64,000 nucleotides of DNA from Nostoc sp. (GCA_036918135.1 JBALDB010000039.1:1-64000), one strand, 5' to 3'; positions 41,796 to 52,383 are shown, counted from the stretch's first letter. Translations and numbers: made by a program. Notes: generated from the letters alone by a model not told the origin.

Positions 41796-41977
41796 GACCC
41801 GCTTGAGAGTGCTGATTATTGAGTGTTAACTGCTGAATTAGGAGTTCTCAATTGTGAATTCTGAATTTTCAACAGACCCTCATCCTGTTTTACCAAGTCT
41901 ATAAAGCGACTGTAGCCTTTAAGCTAAACCTTTTAGAAAACCTCTACACAAATTTAGAACCAATCTAAGAGATACTG

Positions 41978-42997
41978 ATGCATTCAATTGTGAAAAGTTG
42001 GCAACGAATATTTGCCTTGTTACTCGTAGTCCTGATGTGTATAGGTTGTAGCAAAGTTCCATCTGTTAACTACAACCCTTGGAAAATCATTTCTGTGCCA
42101 ACAGATGCGAAGTTGCTAGATATTGCTTTTACTGATAATCCTCAGCACGGCTACTTAGTAGGTAGCAGTGCCACACTATTGGAAACCAATGATGGAGGTG
42201 ATACTTGGAAACCAATAACACTGCAACTAGATGAGCAAAAGTATCGCTTTAACTCAGTAAGTTTTTTGGGGAGAGATGGCTGGATTGCCGGAGAACCTGG
42301 ATTTTTAATTCATACCACTGATAATGGTGCTTCTTGGTCGCGGATTCCTTTGAGCGAAAAGCTACCGGGTAACCCGATCGCAATTAAGGCACTAGGAGAC
42401 AACAAAGCTGAGTTGGCTACTGATGTGGGAGCCATCTATCAGACTACAGACGGCGGCAAAAACTGGAAAGCTCAAGTGGAGTCAGCAGTTGGTGTAGTGC
42501 GTAACTTAGAACGTTCTGCAGATGGCAAATATGTTGCTGTTTCCGCTAAGGGTAACTTCTACTCTACTTGGGAACCAGGGCAAAATGCTTGGGTTCCTCA
42601 TAACCGTAATAGTTCCCGGCGGGTAGAAAACATGGGTTTTGCTGACAGTGGTCAGTTATGGATGCTAGCCAGAGGAGGTCAAATCCAGTTCAACGAACCA
42701 ACTAAACCTGAAGAATGGCAAAAAGCACAAAATCCAGAGTTATCCACCAGTTGGGGTTTACTAGATTTGGCATACCGCACACCTAATGAAATTTGGATCG
42801 GTGGCGGTAGCGGTAATTTGCTACGGAGTACCGATGGTGGCCAAACCTGGGAAAAAGACCGTGAGGTAGAAGAAGTAGCTGCTAATTTGTACAAGATTGT
42901 TTTCTTCCAACCAAATCAAGGATTTGTGATAGGCGATCGGGGTGTCTTGCTCAAATATCTACCAAACCCAGAAACAACTTCTTCAGAAGCAGCTTAA
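41978..42997 (+). CDS. ycf48: PSII assembly factor Ycf48/HCF136
   Basis: BNR-type repeats (T.DGG..W), lipobox, rubA-ycf48-psbEFLJ order. Confidence 0.96.
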   Translation: MHSIVKSWQRIFALLLVVLMCIGCSKVPSVNYNPWKIISVPTDAKLLDIAFTDNPQHGYLVGSSATLLETNDGGDTWKPITLQLDEQKYRFNSVSFLGRDGWIAGEPGFLIHTTDNGASWSRIPLSEKLPGNPIAIKALGDNKAELATDVGAIYQTTDGGKNWKAQVESAVGVVRNLERSADGKYVAVSAKGNFYSTWEPGQNAWVPHNRNSSRRVENMGFADSGQLWMLARGGQIQFNEPTKPEEWQKAQNPELSTSWGLLDLAYRTPNEIWIGGGSGNLLRSTDGGQTWEKDREVEEVAANLYKIVFFQPNQGFVIGDRGVLLKYLPNPETTSSEAA

Positions 42998-42999
42998 TG

Positions 43000-43185
43000 G
43001 AGGCTGGGGAGATGAGGAGATGGGGGAGGGTGGGGAGTGTGGGGAGAGAGGGGGGAAAAGATGACCACATGGGGGAGTGTGGGGAGTGTAGGGAGAGAGG
43101 GGGGCAAGATTTCTTCCCTATCCTCTCTATCCTCCTTTTCCTCCCACACCTCCTGTTTGCCCCATGCCCCAATACCCAATCCCCA
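43000..43185. repeat. G-rich dispersed repeat and STRR block between ycf48 and psbE
   Basis: Inverted homologue of 35311-35440. Confidence 0.85.
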
Positions 43186-43274
43186 TTTCTGAGAAGAACG
43201 TTGCAACTTGTAACTCTTTCTAAACTTTGTAGGATAATAAACTCAATACATTCTTTGTGAAGGTAGGGATTTAA

Positions 43275-43523
43275 ATGTCAGGTACCACTGGAGAACGTCC
43301 ATTTTCGGACATCATTACCAGCGTTCGTTACTGGGTAATTCATAGCATCACCATCCCCGCATTGTTTATTGCTGGTTGGTTATTCATCAGCACTGGACTG
43401 GCTTATGATGCTTTCGGCACACCGCGTCCTAATGAATATTTCACACCAGCGCGGCAGGAAGTGCCAATTGTGAAGAACCGTTTTGAAGCGAAAAAGCAAG
43501 TTGAACAATTTATTGGAAAGTAG
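43275..43523 (+). CDS. psbE: cytochrome b559 alpha subunit
   Basis: [23 protein letters not shown]. Confidence 0.99.
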   Translation: MSGTTGERPFSDIITSVRYWVIHSITIPALFIAGWLFISTGLAYDAFGTPRPNEYFTPARQEVPIVKNRFEAKKQVEQFIGK

Positions 43524-43532
43524 TTTGAGATC

Positions 43533-43670
43533 ATGACTAGCGGTAATAACATCAATCAACCAGTTACCTATCCAATTTTTACTGTCAGATGGTTGGCTGT
43601 TCACACTTTAGGTGTACCAACTGTTTTCTTTTTAGGCGCGATCGCCGCAATGCAATTTATTCAACGCTAG
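43533..43670 (+). CDS. psbF: cytochrome b559 beta subunit
   Basis: Manual translation [45 protein letters not shown]. Confidence 0.99.
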   Translation: MTSGNNINQPVTYPIFTVRWLAVHTLGVPTVFFLGAIAAMQFIQR

Positions 43671-43679
43671 GAGCAAGTT

Positions 43680-43799
43680 ATGGAAAGATCGCCCAATCCT
43701 AATAATCAACCGGTTGAATTAAACCGGACTTCGCTATACCTGGGACTATTGATGATTTTCGTTCTGGGAATTCTGTTTTCTAGTTACTTCTTTAACTAA
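43680..43799 (+). CDS. psbL: PSII protein L
   Basis: [39 protein letters not shown]. Confidence 0.99.
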   Translation: MERSPNPNNQPVELNRTSLYLGLLMIFVLGILFSSYFFN

Positions 43800-43869
43800 C
43801 TAGAACTACTGTTGTTAATCTTTATTTATTGAACGTGTGTTGATTTGTTGTTAAGGGAGGAAATAAGCT

Positions 43870-43989
43870 GTGTCTGGAAGTGGGAGAATTCCCCTGTGGG
43901 TCGTCGCTACGGTCGCAGGATTAGGTGTAATTACAGTTTTAGGCATTTTCTTTTATGGTGCCTACGCCGGACTTGGTTCTTCAATCTAA
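43870..43989 (+). CDS. psbJ: PSII protein J
   Basis: GTG start; [38 protein letters not shown]. Confidence 0.98.
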   Translation: MSGSGRIPLWVVATVAGLGVITVLGIFFYGAYAGLGSSI

Positions 43990-44050
43990 AACTAGTTTGA
44001 ACAGAATAGTATAAGTCTGAATTTTTTAGCATTTGTTGAGAAATCAGCAT

Positions 44051-44085
44051 AAAAAACCGCCTGTCTCTCTGAGATAGGCGGTATT
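44051..44085. terminator. hairpin after psbJ
   Basis: accgcctgtctc-tct-gagataggcggt. Confidence 0.7.
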
Positions 44086-44409
44086 ATTACAGCTAATTTA
44101 AAGTAAGGTGAATTACAAAACTTAAGCTTGATACCCTGGCGTCTAGCCTGTTTTGTTTACCAATTTTGACTTGTGAATTTACTACTTATAGTGTATAGTT
44201 ATTAACTTTATAAGAAATTCAATGAAGTTACTAGAAAATTACAGCAGATTTCCCAGAAGGTGAAGTAACAAGCTAAGTCTTAAAGCTAGGTATAAAGCTT
44301 ATTTACTTGCAAATTTAGCAATTCTGACTTCTGAATTCTGCTGTAATATTCAGGTAATTGGTAAAAAGCTAAGGAATCTATTACCAATCACCATTAACTC
44401 ATAAACCAA

Positions 44410-44550
44410 TTAAGCAATATCTTCGCGCTCTATGTATAAAAACAGAAATGCGAATACTACACCTGGTACAATCCAACCAACGATCGGAACGAAGATAGCA
44501 GGCAGGTAGGAAGTGCTAGCCAACATCGTAGGCAAAAATTCAAATGCCAT
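44410..44550 (-). CDS. psaI: PSI subunit VIII
   Basis: Manual translation MAFEFLPTMLASTSYLPAIFVPIVGWIVPGVVFAFLFLYIEREDIA. Confidence 0.93.
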   Translation of the reverse strand: MAFEFLPTMLASTSYLPAIFVPIVGWIVPGVVFAFLFLYIEREDIA

Positions 44551-44746
44551 AGTAAAAGTTCCTGTTAAATCACACTACAATTCAAGATGAGCTTACTGCA
44601 AAGTGTGCCAGATTTTTTAAATTCTAAAGATTTTTAACACAGCCCATATTGTGAGTAGGAAGTGGGGAGTAAGGAATATGGATGAGCAGATGAGGAAGGC
44701 CAAGGGAAAATTCCTAACTCCTTATTCAACAGTTAACCATTAACAC

Positions 44747-47737
44747 TCAAATACCCAATAGCTCATCTAGCTCTAAGTTTGGCAAGTCTGGAGGAATGAC
44801 AGTTCGTACTATTGTGACTTTGTGACTCTCCTGTTGAGTCGTCGGCTCTAGAGCGATCGCTTCCAAGCGAATTTCCAAACAGCCAAAGGGAATATTTAAT
44901 TGGGTCATCACTTCCAGTCCTCCCAAAGCGTTAGGTAATAAATTTGTCAGTAAATGGGGGCCATCTAATAACCAACGAGTTTGATAATCTTCAACCCATA
45001 ATTTGATAGCAACTTGTTGAGATACTTCAGGCAATACTACACGCACTATCACAGACTTCCCAGCTATTAGTTCGCCCTCTGGTACATGCAGTTGGGGAAT
45101 TGGTAAAGGCTCAATAGCTACTGCATTTATAGGTAGAATACGAGATAAATCTAATGCTGCTTGCTCCTGTTGTTCCAAGGCATAACTCTTGGTTGCATCA
45201 GCTTCTAGTTCACTATAGGTATCATCTACAACAATTTCTTGCGCCAACCAAGCTGATGGTGTATTTATGTTTATCGGAGGAGGGGGCGGTATTTGTGATA
45301 AAGGTGGTGAAAATATCGGTTCTTCTAAGATTTTTTCTACTTCTGTATTTTCCTCTATAATCAGGTCTGTTTTTTCTACTATATCTGTGTCTTCCAGTAT
45401 TTCTGTGTTGGTATCTATACTTAATGACGAGTTGACATCAATAACATCAACTTCAGCATTGGTAGTTTCTGCGCTAATAGAAAGCGGCGTCTGCCGATCT
45501 AAAACGTAGTTATCGTCACCTTGTGGTGGCAGTTCATTTATGGGTTCAGGCAAAGAATATCCTTGGCTGTGCATCCATTTTCTGAGTAAGGGAGACGAGT
45601 AAAGTTTTGTTTTAATGAATTCTGAATTTGGTTGAGCTAGTACTTGAGCAACGGATTCTTCTTGAATTTCTGAATTTGGTTGAGTTAGTACTTGAGCAAT
45701 GGATTCTTCTCGAATTTCTGGATTTGGTTGAGCTAGTACTTGAGCGACAAATTCTTCTTGGATTTCTGGATTTGGTTGAGCTAGTACTTGAGCAACAGAT
45801 TCTTCTTGAATTTCTGAATTTGGTTGAGCTTGGACTTCAGTTGTATTTTTATCTTCAGTGATAATTGTGTCCGAATCAGGTATGTCCTCAGTCGCTTGAA
45901 TTTCTGATGTATCTAGGACATTATCTTTTATTTCTTCTGTAGGACTTGGCATTTGTAGCCGTTTCAAGTATGGAAGAGTCGTGTCGAGTACTGGTATTCG
46001 ACGTTGCCTGATAACTAACTGCTCCAAGTTGATGGCAGCTATGGTAGCATCCTTTTCTAGAAGTTCGCTCTGTGTAGGAGATTCAGCAACAACATCTGTG
46101 GGAGTATTCACATCAGTTTGAATGGGGGGCAGTTTCGGTAATTGAGGCGAACTAGCTGAATTCTTCAGTTGAGATGTCCGTAGGGTAGTTTCTCGGAGAA
46201 CTTGCAGATTAATTTGCGGTGGTAGGGGTGTGTTTGGCGATGAATTAACTAGCAAAGGCTGGTCTGTTTTTCGCAGTTTGACCAGATTCAATAATTTTAA
46301 ATCGAGCTTAACAGCTGCCTTTGATTCTGTGGAACTAGTAGAAGGCGATGGTGCTATCAGGTCATTTGATGATGTGCTAGATTTTGCTGCGGCTGTGATT
46401 GCCAGTAATTGTGTTACATCTGCTGTAATGGTGAAGGACTGGCTGGCTAAATGTATAACTTCACCAATGTCGGCGAATGTACCATATAAACTGATATCTG
46501 CCAAAATTAATTTGGATTCACATTCAGCAGGAATATCAATCGAAGTATTAATAGTGAAAGGTAGGTGTTGGTCTGGTAAGGGTTGGCGTACCTGGGTCAA
46601 GATTTGCGACTCTAAGGGCGATCGCAGTTCAATTTTTAGTTCAAGTCCACGGACGCTTTTTGGAAATAATGTTTCAGCTAATTCTAGATTCGTTTTTTCC
46701 TCAAGTTCTACCTGCCCATTAATTGTGAGAACTTGTCCCCAACGAGCAATATAAGTATCCCGATCTAAAGTTAACAATAATGGTGGCAGGGGTTGTGTTG
46801 CTGAAGAATCTATAACCTTTTCATCTTCAGACAGCGGTTCAGAAGTCGGTAAAGCTAATTCTATTAAATTTTGTAAAATCTGTTCTGCCGTCTCACCTTT
46901 GAACCATACAGGACTGACAGGCCGATCGATAGCTGTATCTTCTTGTTTAGTTATATTTGGCACAACAACGGTGTCAGCGCTACTATCTGTATCTTCTTGT
47001 TTGCTTACATTTGGCACAACAACGGTGTCAGCACTGCTATCTATAGGAATTAGTAGTTCTGTGGGGATAGCCATCGCCTGCTCTGGTATTTCCACAGCGT
47101 ATGGAGCATCAAGCATGGGGCATGGGGGAGCCACTGCGGTCTTGGCGAGCTGCTCCGGTCTTCGGGTCTCCTCAATTAGAGGAACTGGCGTATCTCCTGA
47201 ATTAGAGCAAGTGGCGTCATACCCAAGAGGCGCAGAGGAAAGACTTACTGTAACTTCTCCTCTGCTCCCCCCATTACTGAGCGACTTGCCTTGAGCGAAG
47301 TCGAAAGGAGTCGAAGTATGCTCCTCTGCTCCTCTGCTCCTCTGCTTTTCTGCTCCTCGTGCTTCCTGGGACAGGACTTGCAGTTGGACGCAGTATTGCC
47401 AAGATTTACCAAGCATATCGGACATCAAATCGCCCGAACAGCGCAATTCCCAAACTCCTGGCTCAAAGTAAGTAAAGGGAACTACTGCCATTAAGCCTTC
47501 TGAGTTAGTGCGACGCGAACGCTTGAAAATTCGCTGTTTTGGTGTAACTTCCTCTGTTGAAAAGTGAGTGACCCGGATTTCTACATCTGTATTTTGCAGG
47601 TTAGAACGAGCTAGAACTCTATACTGCCCTTGCAAAATATCTAAATTCGGCGATTCTAGGATATGCCAGGAGCGATCGCCTTGCTTCTGTATCAGAAATT
47701 GCCAGTGTTCCATTGTGAGTGATACCCAGACCGACAA
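44747..47737 (-). CDS. large acidic hypothetical protein with internal repeats
   Basis: 996-codon ORF; globular-looking N- and C-terminal parts separated by low-complexity linkers. Confidence 0.85.
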   Translation of the reverse strand: MSVWVSLTMEHWQFLIQKQGDRSWHILESPNLDILQGQYRVLARSNLQNTDVEIRVTHFSTEEVTPKQRIFKRSRRTNSEGLMAVVPFTYFEPGVWELRCSGDLMSDMLGKSWQYCVQLQVLSQEARGAEKQRSRGAEEHTSTPFDFAQGKSLSNGGSRGEVTVSLSSAPLGYDATCSNSGDTPVPLIEETRRPEQLAKTAVAPPCPMLDAPYAVEIPEQAMAIPTELLIPIDSSADTVVVPNVSKQEDTDSSADTVVVPNITKQEDTAIDRPVSPVWFKGETAEQILQNLIELALPTSEPLSEDEKVIDSSATQPLPPLLLTLDRDTYIARWGQVLTINGQVELEEKTNLELAETLFPKSVRGLELKIELRSPLESQILTQVRQPLPDQHLPFTINTSIDIPAECESKLILADISLYGTFADIGEVIHLASQSFTITADVTQLLAITAAAKSSTSSNDLIAPSPSTSSTESKAAVKLDLKLLNLVKLRKTDQPLLVNSSPNTPLPPQINLQVLRETTLRTSQLKNSASSPQLPKLPPIQTDVNTPTDVVAESPTQSELLEKDATIAAINLEQLVIRQRRIPVLDTTLPYLKRLQMPSPTEEIKDNVLDTSEIQATEDIPDSDTIITEDKNTTEVQAQPNSEIQEESVAQVLAQPNPEIQEEFVAQVLAQPNPEIREESIAQVLTQPNSEIQEESVAQVLAQPNSEFIKTKLYSSPLLRKWMHSQGYSLPEPINELPPQGDDNYVLDRQTPLSISAETTNAEVDVIDVNSSLSIDTNTEILEDTDIVEKTDLIIEENTEVEKILEEPIFSPPLSQIPPPPPININTPSAWLAQEIVVDDTYSELEADATKSYALEQQEQAALDLSRILPINAVAIEPLPIPQLHVPEGELIAGKSVIVRVVLPEVSQQVAIKLWVEDYQTRWLLDGPHLLTNLLPNALGGLEVMTQLNIPFGCLEIRLEAIALEPTTQQESHKVTIVRTVIPPDLPNLELDELLGI
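45617..45832 (-). repeat. 48-bp coding tandem repeat, about 4.4 copies (AQPNSEIQEESVAQVL)
   Basis: Visible in both DNA and translation. Confidence 0.92.
46933..47043 (-). repeat. 54-bp coding duplication (DSSADTVVVPN..KQEDT x2)
   Basis: Visible in both DNA and translation. Confidence 0.9.
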
Positions 47738-48121
47738 GCCGCCCAGTAATATTGTGTATTAGCTTGTTTGCAAGTTTACCCCAGTAATTTGTAATTGCAC
47801 CCTTAAAAAAGCTATCAAGTTAACTTAGTTTCATATACCTAAATTTTCCTAAAGTCAATACCCTGAAATCAGCCTTTTTTAGTAAACAATCCAATCTGCA
47901 ACAGAACAGAACATACAATAAATTAAGATTCACTTGACAATTTTGATTTAATTGTGACACTTGCATTTTTGCTACTAACACTTAGGATGTAGCTCTTAAG
48001 TATAGTTGGCGATCGCAAATTCAGTATAGCTGGCAGTGCGCTGTGCTTTTAGACCGCTACAACGAGTGTGCTTCTTGAAGTGAAATGTAGGTGACAATTG
48101 AAAATTTCCAGGAGGGATTAG

Positions 48122-48319
48122 ATGCTAGTCATTTTAATGGACGAGCAAATCCTTGCCCCTGAGCAAGTTTGCCAGTCTTGTTTACTCGCTGATGACAGTG
48201 GTCAACCCCGTTGGCGTGGCGGTCAACTGCGTTGTGGTCAAGCCATTCGCAAACTTACTCAACAGCAGCCAGACCAGTATGAGTGTGTAATGGGTTTTCG
48301 CATAGCCCATGTAGAATAA
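48122..48319 (+). CDS. small Cys-containing hypothetical protein
   Basis: GGAGG RBS; CQSC...C...C pattern. Confidence 0.8.
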   Translation: MLVILMDEQILAPEQVCQSCLLADDSGQPRWRGGQLRCGQAIRKLTQQQPDQYECVMGFRIAHVE

Positions 48320-48400
48320 TTTAATTTGCCAGCAAGAGCAAGCAACTGCGTTATCCTAAGGTCAAGTAGCTGTTCAAATATAACCATAGGAGAATCCATA

Positions 48401-48880
48401 ATGTCTTGGCGCGGGTCTACAACAGTCTGGGATCGAATTTTTGCTTGCTTGCCTTACCTGCTGCCCCTAATAGATGGTTTAATCTTTAGCAGGTTTTTAT
48501 TGAATGATTTTCCAGCATTACGAGTCCTACTTTTACCGCTGCAACCAGTACTAATAATTTATGGTAGTTTAGGACAATTTGGACAACTAATCGTGTTCTT
48601 TGCCTTGTTCTTGTTGGTGGTAAGAAACGAAAAAATAAGTCACTTCATTCGTTTTAACACGATGCAGGCAATTCTTTTGGATATAGTTATATTTTTATGT
48701 TCCATACTAGTGCAAATTTTAGGACAGGTTCCTGGTACTGGCTTTGCAATAGAAACAGTGGCTAACACTATCTTTTTAGGTGTAGTGCTAGCAGTTGGAT
48801 ATTCAGTCATCCAGTCTTTGATTGGGCGTTATGCAGAAATTCCAGCGATTTCTGATGCAGTGTACATGCAAGTACGTTAG
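48401..48880 (+). CDS. Tic20 family protein
   Basis: DRIFACLPYLLP, HFIRFNTMQAILLDI and IPAISDAVYMQ motifs; AGGAG RBS before ATG 48401. Confidence 0.92.
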   Translation: MSWRGSTTVWDRIFACLPYLLPLIDGLIFSRFLLNDFPALRVLLLPLQPVLIIYGSLGQFGQLIVFFALFLLVVRNEKISHFIRFNTMQAILLDIVIFLCSILVQILGQVPGTGFAIETVANTIFLGVVLAVGYSVIQSLIGRYAEIPAISDAVYMQVR

Positions 48881-48883
48881 TCC

Positions 48884-49657
48884 TTAACGGGTCGCTACGG
48901 TGTTTTCCAAGCGACCAATACCTTCAATTTCTACACGGACGCGATCGCCTAGTTGCAATTGACTTACACCCTCTGGTGTTCCTGTAAGCACCACATCCCC
49001 CGGTAATAGTGTCATCACCTGACTAATGTAAGATACTAAAACATCTGGCGGAAATACCATTTGGTCGATAGAGGCAGATTGGACTGGATTAGCGTCGTCA
49101 TTCACAAAAGTCTGCAATCTTGCTCCCGGATTTAATTCTCGGACAATCCAAGGGCCTAAGGGACAGAAAGTATCAAAACCTTTGGCTCGCGTCCACTGAC
49201 CATCTTGTTTTTGTAAATCCCGCGCTGTCACATCATTAGCGATTGTGTAGCCCCAAATTTTAGTTTGGGCGATTTCTGGTGTACAGTCAAAAACGCGATC
49301 GCCAATCACTAACGCTAACTCTCCTTCATAATCTACTCGTTGCGACTGGGGAGGATATTTAATTTCAGTTTCAGAAGGAATAATCGATGTAGTTGGCTTG
49401 AGAAAAATTAGTGGTTCAGAAGGCACGGGAGTTCCCATTTCTGCGGCATGATCTGCATAATTCTTACCCACCGCCACAATTTTCGACGGAGCGCAGGGAG
49501 CCAAAATTTGGTAATTTTCTGGCGTCAAAGTCAAATCAGTGGGTTGCCCTTGTAACCAGGGCGGAGCATCTAGCACTTGAACGTCGAGGGATAGTTGTAG
49601 TAACCCATAGTAAATCTGTCCTTCTTGATTTTGAACTCGCACGTAGCGCTGCACCAT
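48884..49657 (-). CDS. fumarylacetoacetate hydrolase family protein
   Basis: GKNYADH, DYEGEL, NDVTARD and LTGTP motifs. Confidence 0.94.
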   Translation of the reverse strand: MVQRYVRVQNQEGQIYYGLLQLSLDVQVLDAPPWLQGQPTDLTLTPENYQILAPCAPSKIVAVGKNYADHAAEMGTPVPSEPLIFLKPTTSIIPSETEIKYPPQSQRVDYEGELALVIGDRVFDCTPEIAQTKIWGYTIANDVTARDLQKQDGQWTRAKGFDTFCPLGPWIVRELNPGARLQTFVNDDANPVQSASIDQMVFPPDVLVSYISQVMTLLPGDVVLTGTPEGVSQLQLGDRVRVEIEGIGRLENTVATR

Positions 49658-50062
49658 AACCTTGATGAATATCCTTTTGTCTTTTATTAAAACTTGTAAG
49701 CGCCAAGTAGCAATCCTCAGTTAGCTTTTTGGCGAACTGATTGAGCCTTGAGCAAAAAAGCGATCGCTACAGATGCCCTTAGGGAAAGGCTAAACTGATA
49801 GCTAGATCGATTTGCTGGCGAACACCAAAAGCCGGATTCTTACTTGCTAAAGAAATCTGAGGGTCGGAAGCCTCTCTAGTATTTCATTAGGGACATCCAA
49901 CAGATGAAATCCAAAGTTCGGCGGATTGGCTAATGATTCAAATTGAAAACTGGTAAGATTATAGTTCCTTGTTGCTTCAGATGTTGAGCGATACTAGTAT
50001 TTTTATTAAGTTAGTATAAATCAACACAAGTGACCATTTTTGTCCATAAGGAGACTAAAAAA

Positions 50063-50395
50063 ATGACTACAAGTTACGAAACAATGTACATCCTGCGTCC
50101 CGACTTGGGAGACGAACAAGTAGAGCAAGCAGTTACTAAATATCAGAATTTGCTTCGCGAACAGGGCGCTGAGGAGATCCAAATTCAAAATCGTGGTAAG
50201 CGTCGTCTGGCTTATGAAATCCAAAGACACCGGGATGGGATTTATATCCAGTTAAACTACACTGCACCTGCAACTGCGATCGCTCCCTTTGAACGTGCCA
50301 TGCGCTTGAGTGAAGAAGTGATTCGCTATCTCACAATCAAGCAAGAACTTGAAGAGGCTAAACCTACTAAAGTGGCTGCAAATGCAACTGTGTAG
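50063..50395 (+). CDS. rpsF: 30S ribosomal protein S6
   Basis: [10 protein letters not shown]...[12 protein letters not shown] at 50063 behind TAAGGAG. Confidence 0.98.
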   Translation: MTTSYETMYILRPDLGDEQVEQAVTKYQNLLREQGAEEIQIQNRGKRRLAYEIQRHRDGIYIQLNYTAPATAIAPFERAMRLSEEVIRYLTIKQELEEAKPTKVAANATV

Positions 50396-50585
50396 GGCAT
50401 AGGGCATAGGGCATAGGAAATAGTTTTCTACTTTCCAATGTCCAACGCCCTTGAATAAAATTTTGTTTTTTTCTTTACCAGTAAGTTGGTTCGCAATGCT
50501 AAATTAACAAATACTTGCCAAAGGTAGTACTCCCGCAGTTATACCTAAGATTGGACAAGATACCGAATGGGAGATGTAAGCTACT

Positions 50586-51146
50586 GTGAGCCAATCTAAT
50601 ACACCCAACATTCAAGCTCTCTCTACCGAAGTATCGCAACTACGCCAAGAGTTGCAACTTCGCGATCAATTAGTACAACAGTTATCTCAAGAACTCTTTC
50701 GGCTGGTAAAAGGTAATACAAATTTTATGCCCCAGCAGCCGGATCTTGAGCGCGATATCACGCAATTACAAGCTTTACAAGAACAACTCCAAGCTGTGGA
50801 ACAGCAGGTAGGATTCTACCAAGAGCAAATATCAACTCGTGACTCCGAAATTTACCAATTGCGACAGTCAGTCCAAGAACTTAGCGATCGCAGTCGGATG
50901 TTGGAGCAAGTAGTCCAAGAGTTGCCTCAAATTTACCGTCGCAAGTTTGAGGAGCGAATAACACCAGTTAGAGAAAAAGTAGCAATGTTACAACGGGAAA
51001 ACCGCCAACTACAAGCAGAATTGCAAAGTGTTAGTTATCGCTTAGCAATTAAAACCCGTAATGCTAGTCACAGCGGCATTGATTTACCAAATTTTCCCCG
51101 GACTGCATCCGAACAAACTCAGATATCAACTCCTCAGAATGCCTAA
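50586..51146 (+). CDS. coiled-coil hypothetical protein
   Basis: Q/E/L-rich heptads. Confidence 0.85.
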   Translation: MSQSNTPNIQALSTEVSQLRQELQLRDQLVQQLSQELFRLVKGNTNFMPQQPDLERDITQLQALQEQLQAVEQQVGFYQEQISTRDSEIYQLRQSVQELSDRSRMLEQVVQELPQIYRRKFEERITPVREKVAMLQRENRQLQAELQSVSYRLAIKTRNASHSGIDLPNFPRTASEQTQISTPQNA

Positions 51147-51147
51147 A

Positions 51148-51275
51148 AGAGCATGTTTTGAAAGTAGTAGCTGATGATTAAAAACTGTAGATACCCTTAC
51201 TCCTCTGGTTAAAAAGAGGATTTCGATCGGATTATTCCAAATGTGTATATGACAATAGACTTTTCAAACTACTCT
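51148..51275. repeat. MITE-like element with imperfect terminal inverted repeats
   Basis: agagcatgttttgaaagt ... acttttcaaactactct. Confidence 0.5.
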
Positions 51276-51429
51276 CGAAAGATGTTTGAAAAGCTGTGCT
51301 TTCATGAGGCTGGGGAGTCTGATAAACAATTGCATCTGTTTTAACCAACTTTGGCCATTTCCCATACTACATGGGTAGCTGGAAAACTACGAGTTTTCCT
51401 CAGTATTGTTCTTTAGGTAAAATAGGAGA

Positions 51430-51519
51430 TTAGCCTGCTAGCACCAGACTCTTATCTTTAGACGAGGTGAGGATACACATCATAGTGTAAATAAATGCAA
51501 ACTCGCTTGACTCCACCAT
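51430..51519 (-). CDS. 29-aa ORF duplicating the C-terminus of the adjacent STAS protein
   Basis: MVESSEFAFIYTMMCILTSSKDKSLVLAG*; the final 19 nt are identical to the end of the STAS gene. Confidence 0.35.
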   Translation of the reverse strand: MVESSEFAFIYTMMCILTSSKDKSLVLAG

Positions 51520-51542
51520 CCTTCTCAAGGTAGATTTATTTA

Positions 51543-51896
51543 TTAGCCTGCTAGCACCAGAGTCTCATCTTTAATAGTGGTAAAGATGTCGTCGTAAGTG
51601 TGAAAAATCTCAAATACTGTATCTAATTGGGTAAGTTCCAAAATTAATCTTACAGGAGTTTGCACGTTGCATAAAACTAAACGACAACCGCTCTGACGTG
51701 CAGCTTTCAAACCTTTTACTAGAGGAACTAAACCAGAACTGTCCATAAAATTAACTTCTGCTAAGTCGATAACCCAGAGTTGATGGGGTTGGGGCACTAC
51801 TCCAGCCATCTGTTCGCTCAAAGCCATACCAACTTCTAAATCGATGCTTGCTTGGGGTTTGAACAAAATCACTTGAAGTTCTTGTGTGAGAATCAT
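51543..51896 (-). CDS. STAS-domain anti-sigma-factor antagonist
   Basis: IDLAEVNFMDSSGL motif. Confidence 0.93.
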   Translation of the reverse strand: MILTQELQVILFKPQASIDLEVGMALSEQMAGVVPQPHQLWVIDLAEVNFMDSSGLVPLVKGLKAARQSGCRLVLCNVQTPVRLILELTQLDTVFEIFHTYDDIFTTIKDETLVLAG

Positions 51897-52383
51897 GAAT
51901 TTAACAGGGTAGTTGGAACACTTAACAAAAAACCGAAAAAAGACATAAATACGTTTTCTCTTTCAACAGCAAAATCACTGTCTTACCTCAAAATTTAGGT
52001 AATTCCAGCCGTAAAATTGAGAGAGCTATTTTCAGTATTCATGTCGTATAATTTGTAATAACTTTTCCCAATATAGGCATAAGCGCCTACCAAATTCGGT
52101 ATCAACTGCGTCTTTTACAAAATTTTCATAATTTTCCAAGATATTTATAAATTTTTTATAAATATTTTTTATTTATCTTGCAAAGGTATAGTTTTGTGGT
52201 AATAGATGCTAAAAATATGATAATTAATAGTCAAAATTTGATAATCACCATAGATTAGAATATATGGATTATTCAGAATTAAGATTGAGTCAATAAATGT
52301 ATGTACCAGTTTGCATTGACAGCCTAGCCAAAAACAAGCAAAGATATAGTAAAAGTAAAAATTTGTAAAGACGGTGGTGCGGG

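Noticed and set aside
42951..43260. Three short ORFs between ycf48 and psbE
   Set aside because: They are translations of low-complexity repeat DNA.
51430..51625. Diversity-generating retroelement TR/VR pair
   Set aside because: Mismatches are not confined to adenines and there is no reverse transcriptase.
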